DNA of 59,863 bases, counting the filler, from Squatina squatina (taxonomy: Eukaryota): the NCBI GenBank assembly GCA_031763465.1. It is 3 parts of 3 records of this genome, joined end to end, with 100 filler letters (N's around TTAATTAATTAA, not from the genome) between each part and the next. Parts side by side here need not be neighbours in the genome. Positions count along the whole stretch, not along the records: positions 1 to 21,366 come from JARFOE010000168.1; positions 21,467 to 42,040 come from JARFOE010000192.1; 1 more part is not named here. One strand, given 5' to 3'. Shown piece by piece: positions 12,996-26,248 of the stretch. The notes under the pieces were generated by a model. The model had not been told where the DNA came from, searched no databases, and saw only the letters and a program-made list of their open reading frames with translations. Each line of letters opens with the position of its first letter. Position 1 is the stretch's first letter. The position numbers and the translations under genes are program-made.

Positions 12996-13863
12996 ATCAG
13001 GACATACCATTTCTGTCTATGAGGATAGGTGGGTGCTGTGTGCATACAGCAGTACAACATCCAGAACAAAAAGAGAAAACTAGAATTGGGTGGAACTTTT
13101 TCAAGGGAAACTGGTCAATGACAAGTTTTAGCTTTTCCTTCCCCAAATTCTGCAGAATGAGTAGCAGCATATTTACATGCAGAAATTGAAAATACATTTT
13201 TTTTTTAAAAAAGCTTCACTTTTTATTATTGCCGAACATTTATAAATTTATCCCAATCTTGTCTCTTTATATCACAAGCCCCATTACCCAAATTTCACAT
13301 CCCCCCGCCACCCCAACCCATCACTCCTACAGGCGCCAACTCAGGCTGGATTATTGTTCCCCAAGTACCAACAGCCCGCCAATACCTCGCTCACGTGGCT
13401 ATATTTCGTATGTGAATCGAGACAGCAGTTTCAGCAGAATATACAACTGTAAANNNNNNNNNNNNNNNNNNNNNNNNNNNNNNNNNNNNNNNNNNNNNNN
13501 NNNNNNNNNNNNNNNNNNNNNNNNNNNNNNNNNNNNNNNNNNNNNNNNNNNNNAGATGAGAAATAGGAGGGGGCCAAGGATAGATCCTTGGGTGGAAACA
13601 CTGGAGCATGTCAACATCAACTATTACTGACAGTATCTTATAGTACGTCTTAAAACTGACTCTAGAAAAAACGTTCTCTGATTTCAATACAATTACAGCC
13701 CTTAACCAACCATGAACATTAGCAAGCAACACCAGTAAATGTATTAAATAAGTTTTGTAAAAATCTCTGGCATCCAGGAGGCATTTTGTCTGAAACATGT
13801 CTATCTACTTTGTTAAAAGGTCAGTATTTTTATAGCTTGACACTGCTGAGCTGCTTTTTTTAC

Positions 13864-14026
13864 CTTGTCACTGTGCTCCATGAACTCTGCCAGGTTCAGC
13901 AGTGTCTGTGTGACCTCGGCGATGTCCTGAGAAGTTAGAGCCTGCTCAATACTTCTGATCAACTCATCTTGTTGTGCTTCATGCAGTTCTGACCAACAGG
14001 ACAGGAAAGCTGCATTAAACAGGTCT
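13864..14026 (-). CDS. MTOR: mTOR internal exon (approx. human exon 27)
   Basis: tgcag acceptor, AAG/gta donor; 163 bp; [54 protein letters not shown]. Confidence 0.97.
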
Positions 14027-15337
14027 CTGCATGAAAAAAAAATCAAACGTTTTAAAAAATACAAAGAGAAACAAATCATCTGCCGGTTTAGTTACACAAT
14101 GTTTATTCATTCAGAAGAGAAAACAAGTGAAAAACCATCAGAAATATGAACTACAGTTTTATTCAAGCACATTTAATTATGGGCAACCTTTTTTCTCTTA
14201 CTATGGGGGCTGTGTGCCCTTTGATTCTTCCCCAAATGGCTATTTTCCCCCAAGTATGAGCCTGGACAGTGAATGTTGGCTGTTTATTCAACAATGGATG
14301 GAGATACCACAGCCAGGTCTGATCTGGTCTTCACCTGATGTCAGCCCACCAGCAGGGATCCCTGGAGGATAGCAATCAGAATCTGGAAACTTTGCTTGAT
14401 NNNNNNNNNNNNNNNNNNNNNNNNNNNNNNNNNNNNNNNNNNNNNNNNNNNNNNNNNNNNNNNNNNNNNNNNNNNNNNNNNNNNNNNNNNNNNNNNNNNN
14501 NNNNNNNNNNNNNNNNNNNNNNNNNNNNNNNNNNNNNNNNNNNNNNNNNNNNNNNNNNNNNNNNNNNNNNNNNNNNNNNNNNNNNNNNNNNNNNNNNNNN
14601 NNNNNNNNNNNNNNNNNNNNNNNNNNNNNNNNNNNNNNNNNNNNNNNNNNNNNNNNNNNNNNNNNNNNNNNNNNNNNNNNNNNNNNNNNNNNNNNNNNNN
14701 NNNNNNNNNNNNNNNNNNNNNNNNNNNNNNNNNNNNNNNNNNNNNNNNNNNNNNNNNNNNNNNNNNNNNNNNNNNNNNNNNNNNNNNNNNNNNNNNNNNN
14801 NNNNNNNNNNNNNNNNNNNNNNNNNNNNNNNNNNNNNNNNNNNNNNNNNNNNNNNNNNNNNNNNNNNNNNNNNNNNNNNNNNNNNNNNNNNNNNNNNNNN
14901 NNNNNNNNNNNNNNNNNNNNNNNNNNNNNNNNNNNNNNNGATGGTGTCTCTCATGAAGATCAAAGGCAAAGGAAGAAATTCAAAACATTTAAAACAAGAG
15001 AACTCCTGAAATTATTTTTTCAAAATTCCTTGAATAACCTCAATGAGATCAACTGTCAAAATGCACATTTTCGCAATCTGACATGAACACCTCAGGTTCA
15101 TCTTTTTCTCTCTCTAACAAATATTCAAGTGCATTTTACACTGCGGGGTTCGAGCTGAAACATAATGGAGTGTGCTGCAGGTCTTTGCAGTCTGTCAGCA
15201 TCATCTCTAGTGACATAACACGTCAACGTTCATTGTGATCACATTGATGGTCCAATACAAACACTGATGGTTTCAAATACTTGTACAATATTTATGATCT
15301 ATAAATTAGCGATAAATTATTAAACTGGAATTTTTAC

Positions 15338-15480
15338 CTAGCCAAAGGGTTGTAGGCCTGAGCTAGGGACCAACATGAGCGGAGTGCAGGTGATGGGGAT
15401 TCTTTGAGCAGTTCCACACTTAATCGTCTCAACCATTCCATCCAGTCATCTTTAGAAACTCTCCTGGCAGCTCCCCAAGC
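15338..15480 (-). CDS. MTOR: mTOR internal exon (approx. human exon 26)
   Basis: ttcag acceptor, AG/gta donor; 143 bp; [48 protein letters not shown]; phase matches the next exon. Confidence 0.97.
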
Positions 15481-17673
15481 CTGAAATATAAATCCAAAGT
15501 ACATACAATTGCTTCTTTGTGACACGTTTTGCAACAGTTCATTGCACAAGGTCTAGTAACTATACCAGAAGAAACTCAAGTATGAATGAAGCAACTCATT
15601 ACCATGGTCCTACTAAAATAACTGATTTTTATTAATGAAACAGCCTTTCTAAACACTTTCGGGCATCAAAAATAATTTTTAAAATGGAAGTGTTAATGCC
15701 TGCTTTATACTAGTGGACAAAGGAATGTTGTATGAATGTGCTAAGCATTCAACTATTAATATCACCAACAGTACTTTCCAGGCGATGGAACTTAAACACA
15801 ATGATTTTCATTTCAAATGAATGACAGAACCTCATGCACAAATTCATGTACCATCACAATAATATAAATTAGACCATCCAAATATCTACTTCTAATCCTA
15901 TTGTTATTGAACTACTATTCATCCGATTCTTTTTTACACTTATATGGGAACATCGCAATTTCAGGGCCAATGTACATAGTAATTCNNNNNNNNNNNNNNN
16001 NNNNNNNNNNNNNNNNNNNNNNNNNNNNNNNNNNNNNNNNNNNNNNNNNNNNNNNNNNNNNNNNNNNNNNNNNNNNNNNNNNNNNGCGCTTTCTGCAGAT
16101 GCTATACTTCCATGAGTTACACGTCATTAGAATTAGTTCGTTGGATGCATTCAAGCCACAAGGGACAGGAAAGGTGAGAAAGACCATTAGCTGTTGCCCT
16201 ATTAACCTCGCCATTTTTGACAGCAAATTATGGGCCAATGAGTTTGTTACATATAGCCTTTATCAGAGACATACCCCCTCCCCCCCCAGAAGCTCTCAAT
16301 GTGTAAATTGACAATTGAGTTTACAAAGCTGAAAGCAGGCATGAAAGTGACCAACCTACTTCAGATCTAATTACAAAACCTTTTTGTTGAATATTCAAAA
16401 ACACATTTGTATTATTTTTTTAAAAGAAAAACAGAATTATGGATACCAATGACAGAGCATAATTTATTTTTAAAGGTTCTGCAGAAAATATCAAACTGTA
16501 AAAATACAACTATAGACTTACTTTCTAGGTCCCAGTGGCACTTCCTGTCCATCAAATAGCTTGACAATTGGAGGAAGCAGAAGATGCAGATAATCATCCA
16601 GGTTTGCTCCAAACAGCTGTATTGCATTTAGTAACTGCAAAAAACATAGAAAGAGAAGCTTAAAAGGAACACAACTGAAATTTTATTTATTTTTGCCGAG
16701 ACTGCTTTAGGATAACAAATTGAATTGAAACACACTTGGCAAAAAACGCGGTGCATTTAAAAATGAAATACTATACAAGCTGTATAATTACTAAGTACTG
16801 TACAATGAACAATTCTCTGTTCTACTAAATTGCCCTCATCACTGAATACCACTGAGAATTTCAATACAATTGTTGTTTTACTGTTCATCCAAACCATTAA
16901 CTTCAATATGAGGAACATCAATTATGTGACAGATAGTATAGGGCACATCCAATCTGGTGACGCTGGCAATTTAGGGGACATCCAATTCTTTGGTGCCAAT
17001 AGTATAAGAGGCAACCAATCCAGTGACTAAAAAGTACAGTAGACTGTGGCAAATAAGTGCTTTTCTAATTATAAGAAAGTTTATATATTTTAATACTTTG
17101 GTTTGGAAAACTCACAATGACTTTAAAATTGTGTGTACTCGTAAAGCCACCCTGACTGAATATGCAACAGTACCACAAGAACCAGAAATTCAAGTGGGTT
17201 GTATGTCACAAAAGAGCCATTTTTAATTACAAACTTTTTATCGACTTCCTTTATTGTCAATGGCCAATTAAGTCAAATGGGGTTTTAAAACTAAATAGAT
17301 TTGTATCCAGTAGCTATTGTGTGGGCTGCCAACTCTGTGTTGCGATTTTGATATGGTTAGTCATCATGCATTATTTTACCTCACATCATATGGAAAATTG
17401 AGTCATTTACTGTTGGAGAATGTGCTTTAAAGCACCAGTGCCAACTTCTGACAGCTTTTCTTGCTCCACTAAACTGTCAAAAACACTTTTGGAATACAGA
17501 ATGATAATGGACGGAGTCCAGCCGCCGAATAAACTTGAAAGATTTAACACATTTTACAGCATGAAAAAAAAAATCTACAGAAGGGCTGAAAATAGGATGC
17601 TTTGGCTTGGAGTAGTTCAGCTACAGAACACTAGCTCCATCATCAAATGCTAGCAAAACTCCAAGTGACTCAC

Positions 17674-17841
17674 CTTGATTGTGACACTGCGACCAGTGCT
17701 GGTGTCGTGCATGAAGACACGTAACATGTGAGGAACTAGCTGCGGCAGGTAAAGTTTAAACTCCCCTCCCAAAGCAACAACAATCTGCTCAATAACCAGA
17801 ATTATGGTGTTCTGCATTTGATTGTTAAGTGTCCAATATTC
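17674..17841 (-). CDS. MTOR: mTOR internal exon, HEAT repeats (approx. human exon 21)
   Basis: cccag acceptor, AAG/gtgag donor; 168 bp; EYWTLNNQMQNTIILVIEQIVVALGGEFKLYLPQLVPHMLRVFMHDTSTGRSVTIK. Confidence 0.96.
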
Positions 17842-18118
17842 CTGGGGAAAATATAAAGATAATTAATTTTGCTGTAATCTGAATTTCAATTTAAAAAAAA
17901 AGTACAGAGGTTGTCCTCAGGGCTGCAGTCTGGTGCTGGGGGAGATGCTGTCGCTGTGCAGTGTTACTGGTGGTTATTAAAAGTTTGAAGTCAACTGTGT
18001 GACAAGGGTCACAAATCATAAAACAGTTCCCTGTGGCTCTCACTACACTGAACAAAACTCGCCTGAGACTGCTGCATAAACAAAATGATTAAAAGCTTCT
18101 GATGGAGAGATAATAGTT

Positions 18119-18500
18119 AAAGGGAATTTATTCCTGTCTGGTAAGCTACAGTCTATGTGTGTCTCAGTGTCAGCCCCTGTGCACGTACAGTACACAATGG
18201 GTAAAAGGGAACAATTCATTCCCGTCTGCTACTGCACAGCCTGTGTATCTCTCAGTGTCAGCTCCTGTACACATCGAGCACACAGCAGATCAAAGGGAAT
18301 AATTCACTCCCGTCTGGTACTGCACGGCCTGTGTGTTTCTCCGTGTCAGCTCCTGTACACGTACAGTACACAGCAGGTCAAAGGGAACGATTCACTCCTG
18401 TCCAGTACTGTATGACCCATGTGTGTCTCAGTGTCAGCTCCTGTACATGCACAGCACACATTGGGTAAAAGGGAATGATTCAATTCCGTCTGGGACTGTG
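18119..18500. repeat. Tandem repeat, ~88-bp unit, ~4.4 copies
   Basis: AAAGGGA anchor at 18119, 18204, 18292, 18380, 18468. Confidence 0.9.
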
Positions 18501-19884
18501 TCATTTGGATTCAGATTAACTCAGCACAGACCTGGGGTCGAACTGTGACCTGCCAGATCTGTGTGACCCACCATTCTCCCAGGCGCTGTGTATTTGCCCG
18601 GCGTGGGTTAAATTGTGCAGTAAAGTATTCAAGCTTCATGTTCCTGGGCTGTGCTGTCAGTTAAATCCATCAGTTACTGCGTCGCACATCCAGTCTCCTT
18701 CNNNNNNNNNNATTATTCAGTGCAGCCTGATGAGTCTAAAGGGAACTGATTATCAGAGAAATGTCTGGCCACAATGTGTGAGCCTCAGAAAAGTTCATGA
18801 GAAGCCGAACCAGGACATAGCAGGACACCAGTGCTCTGCCTGTCAGTCTGAGATGGAGCTGGAGTATGTCAGAAGCATCTTGTGATGGGAGTCAAGTGTC
18901 TGCATTGCTGCAGCTGCCGGGATCAGAGATCCTTTTAATTGCATGNNNNNNNNNNNNNNNNNNNNNNNNNNNNNNNNNNNNNNNNNNNNNNNNNNNNNNN
19001 NNNNNNNNNNNNNNNNNNNNNNNNNNNNNNNNNNNNNNNNNNNNNNNNNNNNNNNNNNNNNNNNNNNNNNNNNNNNNNNNNNNNNNNNNNNNNNNNNNNN
19101 NNNNNNNNNNNNNNNNNNNNNNNNNNNNNGCTTTCAGGGTGCTGTGTGTGTTAGTGAGCTGCTGTGTGTTTTAGTTCCTCAGCCCCCAGCCCCACTTTCC
19201 ACATTCAAGCATTACTTTAGGACAATGGCAGTGAGGTGCCTGTAGAAACACTAAATTAAGTGAGTCACACCCAGTCATGTCAGCCAAAAAAATACCCTAC
19301 TACAGTTTGGAAAGACTGTACAAATCAGATTACTTCTCTTATTAAAAAAAACAAGAACGGCTCCTTTCAGCAGGAGAGGCAACAGTTGCGTCTGTCATTT
19401 CAAGTATTTTGCATAAACAGTAGGATCTATTACCAAATTCTTGACCTTCACTGAGCTGAACTGTGTACTTTTCCTTTGTTCTGCGAATGGGGGGGTGGAG
19501 TGGGAAAGTAGTGTCTTGTTATTGGCTGCAAGGAAAGCCAATCAGGTGGCTGTTGGTAGGGTTCTGGCGTGACGTTGGGTGTTTGGGTTGTGCTGTTGTC
19601 ACAGGATGTGTAGGAGGCCTTGGAAAGGTTTGCTCTTTCTGAGAGCTCCCATGGGTCAATGCTCCTGCACACATACTTTATAAATGGCAGGTTTTGAAAA
19701 CATCACGGATGCAAATTTCTGATTTATGAATCCTCATAGTGCAGCGAGTCTGATAGCAAGGGAGGCTCTCTGGCAACCCTGGGTTGGCATGCGAAGGAAA
19801 ATTTTCAGATTGATCAGTGGGGGGGGGGGGTTAATCATTCTACACCGTAGTTTTAAAAAAAAAATCCCAATTTTGTTTAACATA

Positions 19885-20065
19885 AGAAAACAGGTTATCT
19901 GGCCATTTTCAAATTGCTGTTTGTGGGAGCTTGCTGTGCACAAATTGGCTGCCGTGTTTCCCAAATTACAACTAGCTACACTTCAAAAGTACTTAATTGG
20001 CTCTGAAGCGCTTTGAGACGTCCGGTGGTTGTGAAAGGCGCAATATAAATGCAAGTCTTTCTTCC
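19885..20065 (+). mobile_element. Deu-type SINE 3' part
   Basis: tgctgtttgtgggagcttgctgtgcacaaattggctgcc...atataaatgcaagtctttctt, shared with 44405-44595. Confidence 0.8.
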
Positions 20066-21366
20066 TTTCCCTCCTGTTGCTAAGGCACTGATTCCATCCT
20101 GGAGCACGGCAGTGCCAGCTTTCTGCTACTTCATCCCAGTGGCCGTTGTGTGTGAACAAGCCTTGACAACGAGTGTAAGCGGGCTGTTTTGCTTTGTGTG
20201 GCAGTACAGTCGGGCCTGATCCTGTCTTCGCCCAATATCCACACATGCACAGCACGAGTCGCTGGATACTAATCAGGAGCTGGACTTGTAGCTAGCCGTT
20301 ATCATCTCAAATAAAAAATGCTTCCACTGAGTTCAGCTAACTCACACAGCACAGGGATCAAACGTGGAACATTTTTGGCCATAATGGATCACTGATCCAT
20401 CAGAGGAGCAGAAAAACTGTTTAGTTCGAATGTAAAAGAGTATGAAGGACTATGGGCAATAGTAAAGATAATTATGTATGGGATCCAGAAAGACCTAGGC
20501 ATCAACAAAAAAATGGGAGTCACTCAGGCCATAATCTCAAAAGGGAAGTCAAGAAGGATCATGGGGAGACCATATAACTGGTGGAATATGCAACCAAACT
20601 GCTATACAATTGCAATACTCACTTTTATTAAGGCAAATATGTCATCCATATAGGGTCGGATGTGAATTTTCACAAATGAAACGAGCATTCCCAGCTGCTG
20701 GAACAAGAACTAACAAAGAAAATATACAATTATATACATGGTTTAGAAATAACCTTCTTTGCCCACGTATTTTCTATGACTACATACTACTTTTAAGTCT
20801 TAAACTCAAAATTCAACACAGTTCCCAGCAGATTACTGGTTTCAAATGTGTTGAATTACAGACCTGGGAAGGAACCAGTCTGTCAGAACTTTATCCAACG
20901 TGGTCTAAATGGAAAATAATGTCACCATTACTGACAAACTCACAAAACCAACCCTTAATTTATCTACATCAAAGATNNNNNNNNNNAAACAATTCTACAA
21001 CCACCACCCCCAGAATAGGAAAATTAGATCATTTTTATTTTACAATATGATGGAAATGCACAAAGGCCCACCAGAATCTGGTAAAAGGTAAACCCACAAT
21101 ATTAACCTCTCTCCTTTTTTTAAGATATTGACATACCTGCTGTGTATTTCCAGCTTTTGCAGTTTTTTTTATTTTTACTAGCACACTTCTATGATATTTC
21201 AAAAAGTGATATTTATTTATGTTAAAAACACAATAAATGGTCTCCTAGAACTAAAATCAGTGCCCGAATAAGCTGGAAGTTACTCTTGCACATAACTCAT
21301 CAGCGTTAGTCCTGTTATAGAACATTTCACCCACATCATCAAGCTTGCCACTTTAAGCACAGCACT

Positions 21367-21465
21367 NNNNNNNNNNNNNNNNNNNNNNNNNNNNNNNNNN
21401 NNNNNNNNNNTTAATTAATTAANNNNNNNNNNNNNNNNNNNNNNNNNNNNNNNNNNNNNNNNNNN
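21367..21465. other. Artificial scaffold linker (N-TTAATTAATTAA-N)
   Basis: Six-frame stop spacer at 21411-21422 inside N run. Confidence 0.95.
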
Positions 21466-22141
21466 NTATCGGGAGGGCTGGACTGTTCAGACCTATATTT
21501 CACAGATTTGTCCAGATGTACAAACAGCGTGGGTGTATTGTAGGGAATATTAAAACTCTCCTTGAAGTGTCACACAGCATATCCTGCTGTTAATGCCCTT
21601 GTTAGCATAGCTGTTACATCAAATTACTTTTGAAGTCAATTCCAATTAAACAAATAGAAGCAACTGTGATTTCATTTTCACAACTGAATTAATAAAATAT
21701 TGTACCCAAACCAACTTTGTTGGTAAACCTATACTCTCTGATATAGGCGAGTGTATAACTTTAGTGAATTTGTCTTATTCTCTTTGGTTGAATGTTCAAT
21801 TGAGTGAGTGAGTGTAAATTACATAATTAATTACTGTTAGAAGTTCAGTAAAGCTTACAATTGCTCCTTTATAATTTTAAAGACCAGTTACTCTATTGGT
21901 TTTGCATCAGTACAAAGGAGTTTTAGATGCACAGCAATGTAAAGCTGGAAGTATAACTTACTAGTTGGGTCAGTAATCTGAATGGGCACATTGGGATCTA
22001 AATTTAACTTTGTTGTGCCCATTTTCCAGTCACAGTCATTTNNNNNNNNNNNNNNNNNNNNNNNNNNNNNNNNNNNNNNNNNNNNNNNNNNNNNNNNNNN
22101 NNNNNNNNNNNNNNNNNNNNNNNNNNNNNNNNNNNNNNNNN

Positions 22142-22315
22142 TAGGTAGGGAGTTTCAAGATTTTGGCCCAGCAACACAGAAGGAACAGCAACATATTTCC
22201 AAGCCAGGACGGTGTGTGACTTGGAAGGGAACTTGGAGGTGGTGGTGTTTCCATGCACCTACTGCCCTTGTCCTTCTCGCTGATGGAGGTCGTGGGTTTG
22301 GGAGGTGCTGCCAAA
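22142..22315 (-). mobile_element. CR1-clade LINE 3' fragment
   Basis: Reverse complement of 32810-32975. Confidence 0.75.
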
Positions 22316-23179
22316 GAACAGTAAACTGCCAACATTAAATTTTATGCTTTGGTAATTTATGGAGACTTGTTTTATTTATTCTTTTATAACCTGCTCCACG
22401 ATCAGCTTGCTATCATTCTCCGTAGAATTTAATTTGTGACAACTCTTCTTATCTGACAACTTTGGTTTCTACTGACTGTTTGCTTTCACCAATTCATCCT
22501 CATTACATCTCCCAACATAAGACTAGGCCATAGATTTTGATTGACTTAGGTGTCAGCCATGACTAATGGCATGGGAGTCTTATTGAAATGAATTTGGGCA
22601 GACTTAATGAAGTTGCTGGTATGTGTGACTCCAAAGAATAAATCTGTCTAATTTCAGCACTAAGTTACTAATCTCACTAATGCAGGTTCAAGGATAGCCA
22701 TTGAAAGGAATGGAAATATTATTGTTGCCCTAGTATGCACTAGTCCTTTGCAAAGAAATTAGACCCTGCATCTAAGTTAAACTATGACTGACTTGGAGAG
22801 GGTGATTGTAACCCTATCTGCCTCATGGAAACCAGATGGGTAGGCAGTTAAAATGCACTNNNNNNNNNNNNNNNNNNNNNNNNNNNNNNNNNNNNNNNNN
22901 NNNNNNNNNNNNNNNNNNNNNNNNNNNNNNNNNNNNNNNNNNNNNNNNNNNNNNNNNNNCAGTGGAACTCCTCACCTCTCTCAGGCTTCCATGCCTCCCT
23001 CAATATACAGGTTTTTAAGACTCAAGTTTGGACATACCTGGTGACACGGTAAGTTTATTCCAGCCTGTAGCTGAGCTATGGAACCCAGGGAGGTCCCAGA
23101 TCAGTCCCTGGTTAGTTGACCTTAGCTGGGAGGGTGTTACATGTTCTACAATTGTCCTCAGCATCCCTGAGGGAGGGAA

Positions 23180-23605
23180 CAACAACAACAACTTGTATTT
23201 ATACAGCGCCTTTAACATAGCAAAACGTCCTAAGGTGCTTCACAGCAGCGTTATAAAACAGAATTTGACACTGAGCCACATAAGGTGAAAGATGGGCAGG
23301 AGACCAAAAGCTTGGTCAAAGAGGTCAGTTTTNNNNNNNNNNTCCAGAGCTCGGGGCCCGAGGCAACAGAAGACACGGCCACCAAGGGCGGAGCGATTAA
23401 AATCAGGGATGCTCAGGAGGCCAGAATTAGAGGAGCTCCTCTATCTCGGAGGGTTGTGGGGCTGGAGGAAATTACAGACGTACGGAGGGATTTAAAAACA
23501 AGGCTGAGAATTTTAAAATTAAGACATTGCCAGACTGGGATCAATGTCGGTCAGTGAGCACAGCTGATGGGTGAATAGGACACAGTGCAAGTTAGGACAT
23601 GGGCA
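23180..23605 (-). mobile_element. L2-like LINE 3' fragment
   Basis: Tail aacaacaacttgtatttatacagcgcctttaac; body tttaaaaacaaggctgagaattttaaaatt typical of L2 ORF2 C-terminus. Confidence 0.6.
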
Positions 23606-24370
23606 ACCAAAGGGAAGAAAGGGAAAAACCGTCTCCTACCTAGTGACCCATGTTAAATTGTGTGCGCGTGCTTGCGTCTCCTTCTGGGCACGTGGGTGGA
23701 GACTGTTGGGCAAGGGCAGGATCAACTCAACTGCGATGTCCCCCCTTGGTTGGATAGATGACCGATACTGTCTAGGGTTGCACGTGGAAAATGGTTACTT
23801 GGACAAAGGGGCGATGCGTGTACATACGGACATCAGGTGAGATCAGGATTAGGAGCACCTGTGATTTCTAACATGATCAAATAGTCTGCTGACACTCCAG
23901 GCTCACACTTGAACAATGGATAAGGTATCAGAGAGCTGCTATTGCTTATAGTTAACCCATGCTATGAGTCGCTGTTTTGTTTTAATAAAGGAGGACATTT
24001 GCGTAATTTGTTGGATGCCCAACCTAAGCATGCTGCAAGGAGGTTGTATAGAGCAGCGGCCAGAGACTGTAAATCAATCTCCAATCACTAATTGTTAGTG
24101 TTGAGCTAGAGACCAGGATTGATGGAGGCCCCTTTCCTGGAAAGTGTAGAAACAAGGAAAATTACAGCTTGGGAGCAGTTGAGGAAAAACAGCGGTCAAA
24201 TAAAGTCTTATTTTCAGTACAATCATCAATGTAATTTGACAGAATGAAACAGATTAGAATTTGCATTTCTCGACTAATCCACAGTCATGTGTATTTATTT
24301 TTGCAACACAGATGTTTTCTAATAGAACTTATTAACCTGTGTTGTTTGACAGAATTTGAGAGGAAATCTT

Positions 24371-24948
24371 GGGGGTGAAATTCCTAAGCGCGCGCTCCCG
24401 AAGCTGCAGCACAAAATAGCGGCCCAATAGCGTCTGGCATTCAGATCACCCGGGACTTGCAGAATTAGAATTTTTTTTTCAGAAATGCAGGTGTGGCACT
24501 GTCGCAGGCTCTGAGAGCTGCTATGGGGCGCTGAAGTGGGGCACGAAAGATTGAAACTTCAAGAACTAACATTGTAGTGGTAATGCTTAAATAGTTAATA
24601 TAGTTGCCACATATAGGCTGTGGACACATTAGACATTAAGTTAACAAAGTGGCTACCACTGTTGTAAAGCATGATGGGATACTTAACCAAAGACAAATTC
24701 AGAAGGCCTCTAACATAGCCTAGTACATTGGTTCTCACAACATTTTAAGACACAGACAGCTNNNNNNNNNNNNNNNNNNNNNNNNNNNNNNNNNNNNNNN
24801 NNNNNNNNNNNNNNNNNNNNNNNNNNNNNNNNNNNNNNNNNNNNNNNNNNNNNNNNNNNNNCCGCTGTCCGCCTCAAAGACATCATCACCAGGGGAGCGC
24901 CTCCCGGAGGCACACTCTGGGCGAATCCAGAAGGAGAATTTTGCCCCC
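24371..24948. mobile_element. Harbinger-like MITE interrupted by LTR-like insertion
   Basis: Inverted termini GGGGGTGAAATTC (24371) and GAATTTTGCCCCC (ends 24948); LTR-like copy starts 24532. Confidence 0.55.
24532..24761 (+). mobile_element. LTR-like repeat, second copy (cut by gap)
   Basis: High similarity to 6211-6450. Confidence 0.65.
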
Positions 24949-26089
24949 TTAATTCTGCAATCCTATGAAATGTGTGTGTTCCACCTCAAAGCGTAATGGG
25001 AATGCACCTATCTTTCAGGACTTTTCATTTTGGTTAGATTCAATTCCTGGGAATTCAGGTGCCAAATTAACCAATACATAAGTCATTGTAGCAGCTTAAT
25101 GTGGTGTTCAAACTTCCTCGACATTTAGCTCAAGATTGAATTGATTTTTTTTTAAATGGTTTATTTTAATATATATTATTGTATACATTGTCCCAGATTT
25201 TGCATTGATAATAACAGTGAGGCTAACAGCGCTCACCGTTGTTATGGAATAAATTGGACAGTGACTTCTGGTGGCCGCACATGCGCATATAAAACATGTA
25301 AACCAGAAAGTTGCTGCCAGAGATACCCCACTCCTCCACAAGCTGTGCTGTAACAGTCCTTGCTAATAGACTCAGCGCTGATATCAATGTAATGGTATGA
25401 AGTTTTAGTACTTACCCACTAGTGACTCACTAAATACACCAGAAAAAGATTGGGTTGGTGCATTACAGAAGCAAGTGAATTTTTAACAGTGTCATAAGTG
25501 ATAATACTGCCAAATAACCTCTCTGGCCCTGAAAATGTAATTTTTCATGTGTGTAATCTCATTCCTTCAGAATTTAATTTGTGTTGGAGATTTTTTTTTA
25601 AATATTTTTTTTTATTTTCTGCTTGTTTACTTCCTTTGCTGCCCACTTATCAGTGGGCTGTTTCATCCTGCAAACGTAGAGACACAATAGGAATCTCAAG
25701 TGTCAGAAATACTGCGAATGGCCAGCAATAGGTAAAGTATGAATAGTAAACAAATAAAGACAATGCCTAATTTTCACTCTCCTCAAAAAGGAACAACACT
25801 TTCCCACTTAGAAGCCCGTCCACTCTGCTGGTTCAGAAGTGATGACAAGCTCATCCACCTTACATAAGAGTTCTACTGACACACAGCCCTAGATTCATAC
25901 TCTCAACCCTCTAATGGGGAGCAATGAAGACATTGCACTACTGACCTAGCTGGTTTATTCGTATCATTTGAATCCAGGAGTGCATGTGCTTATCGCTCTC
26001 TGTCCCATCAATGCAGGAATTCACAGATCTGTAAATACTGTAATGTCACCAAATGATTAATAATTTTCGGTATGATGCTATTGTTTCAG

Positions 26090-26248
26090 GTCTGTAGCTG
26101 AAGCCACTGAAGTTGATCTTAACATGCGTGTGGGTCTACATACAGGGAGAGTGCTGTGTGGGGTCCTTGGTCTCCGCAAGTGGCAGTATGATGTGTGGTC
26201 CAATGATGTTACACTGGCAAATGTAATGGAAGCTGGTGGTCTACCTGG
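26090..26248 (+). CDS. ADCY1: Adenylate cyclase type 1, C1a catalytic exon
   Basis: tttcag acceptor, GG/gtaagt donor; 159 bp; [53 protein letters not shown]. Confidence 0.93.

Noticed and set aside
15480-17674. Loss of MTOR exons 22-25 and 28
   Set aside because: Gaps of unknown true size lie in these intervals, so absence cannot be inferred
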